The translations under genes and the position numbers were made by a program. This document shows, one piece after another, positions 30,467 to 40,144 of a DNA stretch of 64,000 nt. Numbering within the stretch: the stretch's first letter is position 1; every line of letters starts with the position of its first letter. The stretch spans positions 104,424-168,423 of the forward strand of contig JAJDWA010000023.1 of assembly GCA_022825825.1 (NCBI GenBank), read 5' to 3'. The DNA comes from Candidatus Poribacteria bacterium (GTDB taxonomy: Bacteria > Poribacteria > WGA-4E > WGA-3G). The notes beneath the pieces are model-generated. The model was not told the DNA's origin. It was given only the letters and a program-made list of their open reading frames with translations, and did no database searches.

Positions 30467-31826
30467 CGATCTCTACTTCTAAATCAATCTGTAATTCCTT
30501 AGCAATACGATCAAGAATCCTTTTTTTGTTTTTTGTAGACATGCGCTTCACTATATAATACTCACCAAGTTGGTGTTGCGCGTGCGTAGGGTCTTTAGAA
30601 GTTGATATAAGAGGAATAGTATTTCGGATTAGGTTAAGATTTTTTACGCGTTCTATTCCTAGCTTTTCAATAACTTCAATGAAAGTAGTTAGCCCGTTTT
30701 TACGTTCAATCACTTCTCCATCGTCCATTGTGACGCGTAGTCGTTTAAGCGTAAACTTCTTTTTATCTTGTTTAGGTTTCTCATGAACGATTTTGGGGAC
30801 AGATGTTGGTTTTACAGATGGAACAGATAAGTTTTTCAAAAATGATACTATTTGTTCTTCTGTAGGTTCGTGCCCAACCTTATCTCTTGCTTTATCCATC
30901 ATAGCAAGCAGCAGATACTCATTTTTTTCCTGCACCAATTCGCCCCATATCTCTGGTAATCTTTCCTCAATTTTTCTCTGACTAACAATGAGCCGATAAT
31001 CCTCTGCAATGACTTTAGAAGCTTTTCCTGTTCTTACAGCTTCATAGTTCAAGTATCTGTCAAGACAATTGCTACATTCTTCACCGTCTTCTGCGATGAG
31101 ATCTATCTCTGCTACCATACGGTCTTCATAAGAACCTTCCCCCGCAGGATGGTAAAACCGCCATTTCTGACCGTCTGTGAGAACAACAATAGGAATCCCT
31201 CTGTGAAAAGCATATTCAAAGAGTTGTTTGATTCCTTTATCAATGTTTCCAACTCGCTTCGCCTCAATGAAAACGCGGGGTGTTGATTCTGGATGACACA
31301 GTGCAAAATCCACTCTTCGTCCTTCAACTGCGTATTCATCAATGACAATCTGAGGTGTAAATATCGGCCATTCCAACGCCTGAAGCAGTCTGTTCACAAT
31401 ACGATCAGAAACTGTACGTTCTCTTTCATTTGCAAATACACCTTGTTTTAACAGATTACTTATGTCATCAATATGTTCCTTAAGTGTCATTTTAATACTA
31501 TCCTTCCTTTCAACATTCTGTTGCCAAGCATGTTCCTGAAGAATCTCGACAATCTTGGGAGCAATTGGTCGTAGTCTTTCTTCTAATACCTCATCATCAA
31601 TAGAAAGGAATATACCTTTGTCTACATCCAGCGGAAAAGCTTTATCCTGTTTTATACCGTTCAGGGCATAACGGACACGCACAAAAGGACTATATCTACG
31701 ACCTTCCCGATAGGGTTCTTCGACACTTAAAAACTCGATTGAGTCGGTAGCGGGGACGCGTCCTTCCAAGTCTATAGTCTTGAATGTGAGTTCAAGTTTA
31801 TTGACATTATCAACTATATGTTTCAT
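30453..31826 (-). CDS. Apparent fusion: 112-aa unknown domain + HsdR_N-like PD-(D/E)XK restriction domain + C-terminal domain
   Basis: RRVDFAL..VFIEAKRV, QLFEYA, LTDGQKWRFY; internal AAGGAAGGA RBS before ATG at 31490. Confidence 0.75.
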   Translation of the reverse strand: MKHIVDNVNKLELTFKTIDLEGRVPATDSIEFLSVEEPYREGRRYSPFVRVRYALNGIKQDKAFPLDVDKGIFLSIDDEVLEERLRPIAPKIVEILQEHAWQQNVERKDSIKMTLKEHIDDISNLLKQGVFANERERTVSDRIVNRLLQALEWPIFTPQIVIDEYAVEGRRVDFALCHPESTPRVFIEAKRVGNIDKGIKQLFEYAFHRGIPIVVLTDGQKWRFYHPAGEGSYEDRMVAEIDLIAEDGEECSNCLDRYLNYEAVRTGKASKVIAEDYRLIVSQRKIEERLPEIWGELVQEKNEYLLLAMMDKARDKVGHEPTEEQIVSFLKNLSVPSVKPTSVPKIVHEKPKQDKKKFTLKRLRVTMDDGEVIERKNGLTTFIEVIEKLGIERVKNLNLIRNTIPLISTSKDPTHAQHQLGEYYIVKRMSTKNKKRILDRIAKELQIDLEVEIVDKV

Positions 31827-31841
31827 GAAAGCACTTCTTAT

Positions 31842-32441
31842 TTACTCTGAAAAAGGCATATCAACATAGACATCAAAACAGTTTACGACACAAGTTGCGG
31901 GGATAGTACCGTACGCAAGAATTTCAGCATCCCGTAAGGCTCTGACTAATGTTTCCAATTCAAGTGTCAAATTAGGTGGACGAGGCGTGCCTTCGCTCAA
32001 CGGAGGCTGCGGCGAATGCCGTCCTAAAAAATGCCCCATATTTCTTGGATTTACAACGCCTAACAGAAATTCTTGGGATCCGTCGTGCTGATAAGCGGGC
32101 CCAATAGTAGGCGGAGACGGTAACTCTTTGGCAACTTCCTTAACCGGATCTAGCATTTTAAGTCCAGAAGGTAATGGATCCTGAAACTCTATCTCATACA
32201 CATAGGCAGGTTTGCTCGGTGTTGGAATCTCTGGACTACTTAATATCGCATAGTCCCGAGCTACCGCGTATGAGAGTGTTAAAGAAATAAAAGGACTGTT
32301 ATTGGTTCCTCTTGAAATATGCTGTATCAGTCGTGCTGTTGTAGGTGCAACATCAGGTGCTCTAGCTACAAAACCTATCTCTACTGGATTATTAAGATAC
32401 CAATAAGTATCAATGCCTGCCCCACGATAGAATATCGGCAT
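31842..32441 (-). CDS. Putative ADP-ribosyltransferase-fold protein (R-S-E clade)
   Basis: FYRG, SPFISLT, AYVYEI, RDAEIL motifs in the expected order; no signal peptide. Confidence 0.6.
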   Translation of the reverse strand: MPIFYRGAGIDTYWYLNNPVEIGFVARAPDVAPTTARLIQHISRGTNNSPFISLTLSYAVARDYAILSSPEIPTPSKPAYVYEIEFQDPLPSGLKMLDPVKEVAKELPSPPTIGPAYQHDGSQEFLLGVVNPRNMGHFLGRHSPQPPLSEGTPRPPNLTLELETLVRALRDAEILAYGTIPATCVVNCFDVYVDMPFSE

Positions 32442-32473
32442 AAACCATTTTCAAGCGCATTCGCATTAGTAAT

Positions 32474-32498
32474 GGCGAGGCATGAACGCCTCGCCTAT
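32474..32498 (-). repeat. REP-like or terminator-like hairpin downstream of the glutaredoxin gene
   Basis: GGCGAGGC-6 nt-GCCTCGCC. Confidence 0.5.
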
Positions 32499-32511
32499 AA
32501 TAAAAAGACAA

Positions 32512-32853
32512 TTACCTACTTGGAAAGCCGATATTGACAGGAGCTGTATCGTGGCTTTCACATGCCTGATCAGTCGGGACATCCGTTTCGGCACTGTTAG
32601 GTGAGACAATACCCTCCTCAAGCAGATATGCCTCCACTTCATCACCACTGACATCGGCAAGAATGATGTCGTCAATTTGGACACAAGGCTGATAAGGTTG
32701 CCGTGTCTTCTGCACCATTTCACGATAGTTGTCTTCATTGTTGATAATGTCTCTGTCTTCATATTCCAAATTGTATTTGGCGAAAATGGCACGGACACCG
32801 TTGCTCCAGCCACAGACAGGTTTCATGTAAGCGATAATTGTTGGTTGACTCAT
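32512..32853 (-). CDS. Glutaredoxin-like protein (monothiol, CGWS)
   Basis: YMKPVCGWS, YEDRDI, QPCVQID. Confidence 0.85.
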   Translation of the reverse strand: MSQPTIIAYMKPVCGWSNGVRAIFAKYNLEYEDRDIINNEDNYREMVQKTRQPYQPCVQIDDIILADVSGDEVEAYLLEEGIVSPNSAETDVPTDQACESHDTAPVNIGFPSR

Positions 32854-32909
32854 TGTAGTGACTCCTTTTTATTGTGGCAACGTCTTATGACGTGCTTCAT
32901 ATTATAAAT

Positions 32910-32934
32910 TCGGGGTTAACAAACCCCTCCTACA
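32910..32934 (-). repeat. GTAG-family REP
   Basis: Minus strand GTAGGAGGGGTTTGTTAACCCCGA; degenerate copy at 43689-43713. Confidence 0.55.
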
Positions 32935-32952
32935 ATCTATGAGATAACTGTG

Positions 32953-34302
32953 CTACTTTTCTAATTTGCGTGAGACAAATTCTTGTAATTCTTCTCGTAC
33001 CGATTCCATCGGCACGCGTTCCATGACGGGTTCAAAAAATCCGTCAACAATCAGTTTTTCTGCTTGTGCGTAGGGAACACCACGACTCATCAAGTAGAAT
33101 ATTTGATCTGCATCAATCGGACCTGCAGTTGCACCGTGCGTGCATCGGACCTCATGCGCTTCAATTTCTAATCCGGGCAAGGTATCGGCATGTGCGCGTT
33201 CACTGAGCAACAAATTATCATTTTTCTGATACGCATCGGTATAGTTTGCCGCAGGATACACATAGATATTGCCACCCCAAGCAGTTTGCGATCTATCCTT
33301 GAGAACAGTGCGGTATAGCAGATCGCTTGAGGTATGCGGTGAAACGTGTTCTTGTGCGGTGCTAACATCTAAATGTTGCCGCGCATCGGTAAATGCTAAT
33401 CCCAACAGTTGCGCGTGCGCCCCGTTGCCTTCTAACATAACTGCTTGGTTTAGTTTACTTAAACGACTACCGAACGTAGCAGTAACCCAGCAGAGCTGCG
33501 CGTCTTTGCTAATAACAGCGCGCTGTGAAGCGAAATTCCAGACCTGCCGATTCCAGTGTTGCACCTGTACATAAGTAACATTGGCATTCTGTCCGGCGAA
33601 AATCTCAACTGCGCCACAGTGTAAACCACCTGCATCCGGATGAGCAGACGCATTATCTTCCAAAATTACAATTTGACTATCCTCTTCAGCAATAAGGAGG
33701 ACATGTGACATATCCGCGTGCTGATCTTCGGAGAGTTTGATATAAACACGTAGCGGATCCTCTATCCTGACACCTTTCGGCACATGGAGAACATAACCAC
33801 CCTGCCAAAACGCACCGTGAAGTGCATCAAACGCGTTACGACTGGCGATATTTCCACTTTTCAGGGTCGTCTCTAATGTGACTGCCTTTGTCATAAAGTA
33901 GTCACGAATGAGATCACCCTGTTCCTTTAGTGCCGTGTGCAGATCAGCGAAATAGACATCCTTTTTTTCTAATTCAGGCGACAAGTAGGTGTGTTGAGGA
34001 TTCCCATCAACTTGGACCAACACCCCTGCACCATCTTCTACTTCAGCCGATGTGCTGCCGTTCGCTTCGGCAGCGGGATGATAATTTTCAACTGCGAAAC
34101 CACGAAGATGCCGCCGAGTTCGCCGCCAGTAATCCTGCGTCCGCATATCAACGGTACGCCGCCACGTATCATCTTCAGCGGTATGCGGCATTGGCAACGA
34201 TTCGTAAAGCGAGTATGCCTCCAATCGTTTGTCGCGCATCCACTGCGGCTCATCCCGCGCTATCTTCTCAACAAAATCTTTTGAAAAATCACCTGTTTGC
34301 AA
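32953..34302 (-). CDS. sufD: Fe-S cluster assembly protein SufD
   Basis: NLLLSERAHADTLPGLEI, CTHGAT, FYLMSRG. Confidence 0.93.
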   Translation of the reverse strand: MQTGDFSKDFVEKIARDEPQWMRDKRLEAYSLYESLPMPHTAEDDTWRRTVDMRTQDYWRRTRRHLRGFAVENYHPAAEANGSTSAEVEDGAGVLVQVDGNPQHTYLSPELEKKDVYFADLHTALKEQGDLIRDYFMTKAVTLETTLKSGNIASRNAFDALHGAFWQGGYVLHVPKGVRIEDPLRVYIKLSEDQHADMSHVLLIAEEDSQIVILEDNASAHPDAGGLHCGAVEIFAGQNANVTYVQVQHWNRQVWNFASQRAVISKDAQLCWVTATFGSRLSKLNQAVMLEGNGAHAQLLGLAFTDARQHLDVSTAQEHVSPHTSSDLLYRTVLKDRSQTAWGGNIYVYPAANYTDAYQKNDNLLLSERAHADTLPGLEIEAHEVRCTHGATAGPIDADQIFYLMSRGVPYAQAEKLIVDGFFEPVMERVPMESVREELQEFVSRKLEK

Positions 34303-34316
34303 TTCTGCATCCTCTC

Positions 34317-35735
34317 CTATCCGATTGAACCTTCCATCTGAAGTTGGATGAGACGGTTCATCTCAACAGCATATTCCATCGGGAGTTCTTTGACAAGCGG
34401 TTCAATGAACCCGTTGACAATCATAGTGGATGCCTCTTCTTCGGATAATCCACGGCTCATCAGGTAGAAAAGCTGCTCTTCACCGATTTTGCTGACGCGT
34501 GCTTCATGTTCAATATTGGTATCGTTTTCATTAATTTCAATGACCGGATAGGTATCTGAACGTGAATCCTTATCAAGCAGAAGCGCATCACAAACGACGT
34601 GAGATTTACATCCTTTCGCGCCTTTTGCAACATCAACCCAACCCCGATAACTGGAACGTCCGCCATCTTTACTGATGGACTTTGACGTAATCTGTGAGGT
34701 AGTGTGTGGCGCGCAATGGTAGACTTTAGCACCCGCATCCTGATGTTGCCCTTTGCTTGCGAACGCAATGGAGAGGATTTCACCCCGCGCACCGGGTTCC
34801 ATCATATAGACACTCGGATACTTCATCGTCAGCTTACTGCCGAGATTACCATCAACCCACTCCATCTGTGCGTCTTGGTAAGCCATCGCACGTTTGGTGA
34901 CGAGATTGTAGACATTCCCCGCCCAATTCTGGATAGTTGTGTAGCGCACCCGCGAACCTTTCATGCAAATGATTTCAACGACAGCACTATGCAAGGATTC
35001 ACTGCTGAATGTCGGTGCAGTGCAGCCTTCAACATAATGCACCTGCGAACCTTCGTCAGCGATGATGAGCGTGCGTTCAAATTGCCCCATGTTTTCGCTG
35101 TTGATTCGGAAATATGCCTGCAAAGGATAATCAACCTTTACACCGGGCGGCACATAAATAAAACTACCACCACTCCAGACAGCACTGTTTAGTGCGGCGA
35201 ATTGGTTATCCGCAGAAGGAATGATTGTTCCGAAGTATTTCTTCACAAGGTCAGGATACTCTTTGACAGCCGTATCCGTATCAACGAAAATGACACCAAT
35301 TTTATCCAATTCTTCAACGAGGTTGTGATAGACGACCTCAGAATCGTATTGTGCGCCGACACCTGCAAGGAATTTCCGTTCCGCTTCCGGTATACCAAGG
35401 CGGTCAAAGGTATTCTTGATGTCTTCCGGCACATCGTCCCAACTGCGTTCGCTTCGGTCAGATGCCTTAACATAATAATAGATGTCGTTAAAATCGAGCT
35501 GCGAAAGATCGCCACCCCATTTCGTCATCGGTTTCTGTTTAAAGATTTCGTAAGCTTCAAGCCTATACTGACGCATCCAATCCGGTTCCTCTTTGATGTC
35601 GCACATCTGATTGATGACCTCTTCGTCCAATCCTTTTCGGGATTTGAACGTCGGTTTAACATCATCGTGGAATCCGTATTGATAGTCTTTACTTATTCCA
35701 ATTTCGTCAAGTTGTTGCGTTTCGGGGGTTGCCAT
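34317..35735 (-). CDS. sufB: Fe-S cluster assembly protein SufB
   Basis: [32 protein letters not shown]; start at MATPE after GGAGG. Confidence 0.96.
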   Translation of the reverse strand: MATPETQQLDEIGISKDYQYGFHDDVKPTFKSRKGLDEEVINQMCDIKEEPDWMRQYRLEAYEIFKQKPMTKWGGDLSQLDFNDIYYYVKASDRSERSWDDVPEDIKNTFDRLGIPEAERKFLAGVGAQYDSEVVYHNLVEELDKIGVIFVDTDTAVKEYPDLVKKYFGTIIPSADNQFAALNSAVWSGGSFIYVPPGVKVDYPLQAYFRINSENMGQFERTLIIADEGSQVHYVEGCTAPTFSSESLHSAVVEIICMKGSRVRYTTIQNWAGNVYNLVTKRAMAYQDAQMEWVDGNLGSKLTMKYPSVYMMEPGARGEILSIAFASKGQHQDAGAKVYHCAPHTTSQITSKSISKDGGRSSYRGWVDVAKGAKGCKSHVVCDALLLDKDSRSDTYPVIEINENDTNIEHEARVSKIGEEQLFYLMSRGLSEEEASTMIVNGFIEPLVKELPMEYAVEMNRLIQLQMEGSIG

Positions 35736-35799
35736 TTTGTATTCCTCCTTCAGAATATTTATAGTTGTAATTTTCAAGGGGTAACGATTCGTTGTTGCT

Positions 35800-36201
35800 T
35801 CAGTCTTTCAATATTTCCTGTGTAAGCGTTTCAAATTGTTTTTTGACAAAACGCTCATTTCTGATTTTCCGCACGCCGGCAATTAATAGTGCTACTACAA
35901 CTACCACTGTGAGCGCGATTAGTCCATAAAGGACATACTTTGCAGGTGGTATTTGCTTATCAACGTTTTCAAATTGATTGCCAACGATCTCATGTTTGCC
36001 TAACATCCCTGCAACATCTTTCTCTACATTCTGAATCCGAGCATCTAACGCGTCAATCTTTTGGTTAGTTATAGCACTTTCTTTCTTGATTTCTTCCTTG
36101 ATAATCGATCGGATTTTATTGAGATCAGTATCTGTTAACTCACCAAGAGCTGGCAATGTGATTATACAAAAGAGGACTGAGAAAAGAAAAACTGTTTTCA
36201 T
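35800..36201 (-). CDS. Hypothetical protein: signal peptide, coiled coil, C-terminal TM
   Basis: 133 aa; possible 3' frameshift (see findings). Confidence 0.65.
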   Translation of the reverse strand: MKTVFLFSVLFCIITLPALGELTDTDLNKIRSIIKEEIKKESAITNQKIDALDARIQNVEKDVAGMLGKHEIVGNQFENVDKQIPPAKYVLYGLIALTVVVVVALLIAGVRKIRNERFVKKQFETLTQEILKD

Positions 36202-36237
36202 CTTGGGTGAATTATTAAAGGTGAACGTAAAACTACA

Positions 36238-37368
36238 TTATAGTGGTAATACTTTTCTTTTATTCAAAATATTGTTTATATCCTGCACTACATCATCGTG
36301 ATTATCTGTTTCAGTTACTATTAATAATTTAACGCCATGCCTTTTGGAAAGATTTGCTTTCCTCTTGTCACGTTCAACTGTTTCGTAAAATGTTTCTTTT
36401 CCGCCAAAAAACTCAACAGGCTCAAAATGCTGTCTGCCATGATATTCTACGGCAATTTTCCAATTAGGGAACCATATATCAAAATGCTGCCTGCCTAACC
36501 AAGTTGGTCTTCCATGTTGAATTACCTTTGTGTTAGAAAACTCAGCTTCTAGTCTACGAAATAGTGCTGTTTCCGATATCCAACCCTCACCAATCTGAGG
36601 GACTCCGGCAATGCTTCTTGCTTTATTTTCTGATTCTTTTGATAACAATTTGACTGTATCTGATAGGTCAATTGTATCTGACAGGTCATATGCTGCATAC
36701 AGGCACTCGATTTTAAATTGTAAATAAGGTTTTTCCTGAAGAGCAACACCACTGAACAAGGAATGTGAATATAAACGCTTGGCTTTTCTGTGAGTAAACC
36801 ACTCTTCAAATAAAGAAAACCATTCCATATTTTCTTGAGCATACTCGTTGAAAGTATCTATGATACAGTCTCTGTACAAGGTTTGATTCTCGATTATAAA
36901 TTGGTTCTTTCTACCTCCAAACATACGTAATACGTCTATTGGATTAGCAGGCAGCCCAAGTTTCTTTTGAACATTAAGCCTCAGATTTGAAGCATGAGTC
37001 CTTTTTTTTACGACCTCTTTAGGTTCAGTCTTATCTATATATTCTTCATACTTCTCAAGTCCAAGAAGACAGTCATAAGCCCAATGCAGACAATATTTAG
37101 ATAACTTCTCTTCATGTTTATATATTTCTGATAGATAAATCAGGAACTCTGATAGCCGATCAAAACCATCCTCATTCCATCGTGATAGCAATTTATATAT
37201 AAATGCAAATACGTAACTTATATTACCATCAACATCTATATAATTCCCCTTATTAAGATTCGATTCCACCACTTTATAAAAAGATAGTTGATCGTGATCC
37301 ATATCATCTTGTGATGGGAAGTACATATTAAACTTTGGGACTTTCATAAATTTCTTAAGACCTAACAA
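36238..37368 (-). CDS. TerB_N-like domain fused to a Vsr/PD-(D/E)XK-like nuclease domain
   Basis: YFPS..ISYVFAFIY N-terminal pattern; QHFDIWFP..IAVEYHGRQH..RDKRK; visibly AT-rich. Confidence 0.6.
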   Translation of the reverse strand: MLGLKKFMKVPKFNMYFPSQDDMDHDQLSFYKVVESNLNKGNYIDVDGNISYVFAFIYKLLSRWNEDGFDRLSEFLIYLSEIYKHEEKLSKYCLHWAYDCLLGLEKYEEYIDKTEPKEVVKKRTHASNLRLNVQKKLGLPANPIDVLRMFGGRKNQFIIENQTLYRDCIIDTFNEYAQENMEWFSLFEEWFTHRKAKRLYSHSLFSGVALQEKPYLQFKIECLYAAYDLSDTIDLSDTVKLLSKESENKARSIAGVPQIGEGWISETALFRRLEAEFSNTKVIQHGRPTWLGRQHFDIWFPNWKIAVEYHGRQHFEPVEFFGGKETFYETVERDKRKANLSKRHGVKLLIVTETDNHDDVVQDINNILNKRKVLPL

Positions 37369-37375
37369 AGTTTAG

Positions 37376-38167
37376 TTACTCAACAGCTTCAGCAATGCCG
37401 TGTTTTTCACGAATCGGATCGTAGCCTTCTGCTTCTAACAACTGTGTAAGTTCCCATCCACCCGACTCAACAATCCTGCCATCAAGCAGTATATGCACAA
37501 ACTGCGGACGAATGTAGTCCAACAACCTCGGATAGTGCGTAATAATAAGGACACCGAGTTCAGGTCCAACCAAACTACTAACGCTTTCACCGACAATACG
37601 AACAGCGTCAATATCAAGTCCAGAGTCTGTTTCGTCAAGAATAGCGATTTTCGGTTCAAGCATTGCCATTTGTAAGATTTCAGCCCGTTTTTTCTCACCA
37701 CCAGAGAATCCATCGTTGAGGTATCGTCTTGCAAACGAATCGTCCACACCGAGTTGTGTCATCTTTTCGCGGAGTTCTTTGCGGAATTCCCGCATCGGAA
37801 TCAGTTCGTTGTTTTCAGAACCGTTTGTTTCCGCAGAACGGACTGCACTGACAGCAATGCGTAGGAAATTCGCTAAACTCACACCCGGAATAGCAGTCGG
37901 GTATTGAAAAGCGAGGAAAAGTCCTAATTTTGCGCGTTCATTCGGTTCCAATTCCAGCACATCAACACCGTTAAAAATCACCTCACCAGAATCAATTTCG
38001 TACGAGGGGTGTCCCATCAATCCGTTTGCGAGTGTGCTTTTACCGGACCCATTTGGTCCCATCAGAGCATGCACCTCGCCCTGTTTGACAGTTAGATTTA
38101 ATCCTTTAATAATCGGATTTTCTTGCACGCTAATGTGTAAGTCTTTTATTATTAGGTCATTGCTCAT
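37376..38167 (-). CDS. sufC: Fe-S assembly ATPase SufC
   Basis: GPNGSGKST, FSGGEKKR, LDETDSGLD, ITHY. Confidence 0.96.
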   Translation of the reverse strand: MSNDLIIKDLHISVQENPIIKGLNLTVKQGEVHALMGPNGSGKSTLANGLMGHPSYEIDSGEVIFNGVDVLELEPNERAKLGLFLAFQYPTAIPGVSLANFLRIAVSAVRSAETNGSENNELIPMREFRKELREKMTQLGVDDSFARRYLNDGFSGGEKKRAEILQMAMLEPKIAILDETDSGLDIDAVRIVGESVSSLVGPELGVLIITHYPRLLDYIRPQFVHILLDGRIVESGGWELTQLLEAEGYDPIREKHGIAEAVE

Positions 38168-38207
38168 TTATTGACTTCGGACTCCTTATTTGTTGTTGTT
38201 AATCGAT

Positions 38208-38579
38208 TTAATTTTCCGCCACATGTGCTGGTGTGTTTTGCCCCTCTAACGCATCGGTATACGTGTCAGGGGTACGGTTTTCAAGTTTTATTGGTTGAAT
38301 TGAGAGCTGATATCCAAGTGCCTCAAGAACAGTTCCGAGTGCGTCAATCAAAGGGACATCCTCATTAGAGATCATTTTTGAAAGAATTTGTGGGTCCATA
38401 TCTACCTGCTTTGCAAGTTCAGAAACACCGCCTTGCGCTTCAACGACGGTTCGGATTGATCTATGAACTGCAGCTGGATTTTTGTAGATTTGGTAGTCTT
38501 CAAGGATTGCTTGTAAATAGGCAATTGAGCTTTTCTGGTCGGCAATCTGTTCAATAAGACATTCACGCCATGTTCTCAT
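38208..38579 (-). CDS. HTH addiction-module antidote-like protein (orphan)
   Basis: AYLQAILE, VVEAQGGVSELAKQ, VLEALGYQL. Confidence 0.75.
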   Translation of the reverse strand: MRTWRECLIEQIADQKSSIAYLQAILEDYQIYKNPAAVHRSIRTVVEAQGGVSELAKQVDMDPQILSKMISNEDVPLIDALGTVLEALGYQLSIQPIKLENRTPDTYTDALEGQNTPAHVAEN

Positions 38580-38597
38580 TTTTATATGAATTCCTAT

Positions 38598-39593
38598 TTA
38601 TCCGCCAATCCTTGACATATTTCGCTCAGGTTTTATAAAGTCTGCAGCATTAATTTTATGTCCCGCCTCTTTTTTCGCAACTGCATCAATTATGAGTTGT
38701 TCAATCACTTCATCGTCAGCACCTTCGCGTAATGGCGTGAGTAGGTCAGTTTCTGTTATTGAGAACAAACACGTTCGAAACTTCCCATCAGCAGTGAGAC
38801 GGATACGGTTGCAGCTTTCACAGAACGGTTCACTTACAGAAGGTATAACGCCAAGCTCAGTGCCATTATCAGCAAAGCGAAAACGTTGTGCCGTATCGCT
38901 CTTTGAATCCCCGTTTAGCGTCATTCGCTCCAGTGGATAAACATTACTAATTTTATCAATAATCTCTTTGCCGGGGATGAACATGTTGCGTCCCCAAATA
39001 TCATCGGCATCAAGCGGCATAAACTCTATGAAACGCAGCTGATAACTGTTTTCGCGTGCAAAGGTGGCTAAATCTACGATTTCATCATCAGTAAATCCAC
39101 GCATTGCAACGGCATTCACTTTAATCGGATTAAACCCGCATTCGTGTGCAGTTTTAAGCCCTTTCAGCACACGCGAGAGAACTTTGCGTCGCGTCATCTG
39201 CTCAAACTTCTCTTCGTTGAGTGTGTCTAAACTAACGTTGATACGTCTCAGTCCAGCATCGTAAAGTGCCTGTGCTTGGGTGATGAGTCCGATGCCGTTA
39301 GTTGTCAAACTGATGTCTTTCAACGCATCTATCTGCCCAAGTTGTTCAATGAGGTGCGGCACTCCGGGACGTACAAGCGGTTCGCCTCCCGTAATCCGAA
39401 TTTTGTTAACCCCTAACCCAACAAAGATACGTGTAAAATGCAAAATCTCGTCGTACGTCATCAGTGCAGAATCTGGCATAAATACCATGTCTTCAGGCAT
39501 ACAGTAGATACACCGAAAGTTACATACATCTGTGACGGAGATTCTGAGGTTCGTATGGACACGTCCAAAACTGTCGAGTAGTTGCTGTTTCAT
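38598..39593 (-). CDS. moaA: GTP 3',8-cyclase MoaA
   Basis: CNFRCIYC, FCESCNRIRLTADG..CL, C-terminal MSRIGG. Confidence 0.96.
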   Translation of the reverse strand: MKQQLLDSFGRVHTNLRISVTDVCNFRCIYCMPEDMVFMPDSALMTYDEILHFTRIFVGLGVNKIRITGGEPLVRPGVPHLIEQLGQIDALKDISLTTNGIGLITQAQALYDAGLRRINVSLDTLNEEKFEQMTRRKVLSRVLKGLKTAHECGFNPIKVNAVAMRGFTDDEIVDLATFARENSYQLRFIEFMPLDADDIWGRNMFIPGKEIIDKISNVYPLERMTLNGDSKSDTAQRFRFADNGTELGVIPSVSEPFCESCNRIRLTADGKFRTCLFSITETDLLTPLREGADDEVIEQLIIDAVAKKEAGHKINAADFIKPERNMSRIGG

Positions 39594-39622
39594 CGTTAAA
39601 TAGACCGATTTGATTTTTTAAT

Positions 39623-39651
39623 AGTATAGCATATTGTTATCTGGTTTGCAA
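39623..39651 (-). promoter_or_regulatory. Sigma70-like promoter of the moaA-suf run
   Basis: TTGCAA-17 bp-TATACT with extended TG. Confidence 0.65.
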
Positions 39652-39654
39652 GTG

Positions 39655-39680
39655 TTTTTTATAGTAAATACTATAAAAAA
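39655..39680. promoter_or_regulatory. Perfect 12-2-12 palindrome next to the moaA -35 box (operator or MITE scar)
   Basis: TTTTTTATAGTA-AA-TACTATAAAAAA. Confidence 0.5.
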
Positions 39681-39686
39681 GATTTT

Positions 39687-40068
39687 GGGTGTTTTTTTGC
39701 CAATTTATAGGTATCAATTTAAGCATATTAAGTCTGTAATCAATAAATCGGGCGGAAAGCACCGGATTGACACCTTTCTCCTGCCATCTCATAGCAGCTT
39801 GTGGACACGCACTCTCAATCACGCCACTGCCGATTTGATACCATGTCGTATGGCTCACTTCTATACCCTGACGCGATAACTCCTCTGCAGATTCTCTAAA
39901 ATCAAGATGCATCATCAAACGACACATCATCTCTGCCACACGCCGCGTGTATTTATAGTAATCATTCGTATCCTCTCCTATATGGAAAAGTTTATTAGGT
40001 AAGGATACCATTTTTATAAATACTTTTCAAACTCCCATTCAATTCATGCAAAAAAACTTTACACACCC
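39687..40068 (-). mobile_element. Internally deleted ISKra4/p-MULT-like IS remnant
   Basis: Fragments FRESAEELSRQGIEVSHTT and IGSGVIESAC..MRWQEKGVNPVL; left terminal repeat GGGTGTGTAAAGTTTT at 40068. Confidence 0.7.
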
Positions 40069-40084
40069 GCTATTTGTATTAAGT

Positions 40085-40113
40085 TTGACTTTTATCTCAA
40101 ATTAAAGTATAAT
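40085..40113 (+). promoter_or_regulatory. Near-consensus sigma70 promoter
   Basis: TTGACT-17 bp-TATAAT. Confidence 0.75.
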
Positions 40114-40144
40114 ACATTTCACTATTCTCAATTTAGGAAAAAAG

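Noticed and set aside
24518-39593. Integron cassette array
   Set aside because: No intI and no recurring attC-like palindromes recognised at the junctions; many junctions are only a few bases long
39637-40011. 124-aa ORF as a functional gene
   Set aside because: Patchwork of transposase fragments running into MITE and promoter DNA; lacks an intact DDE core
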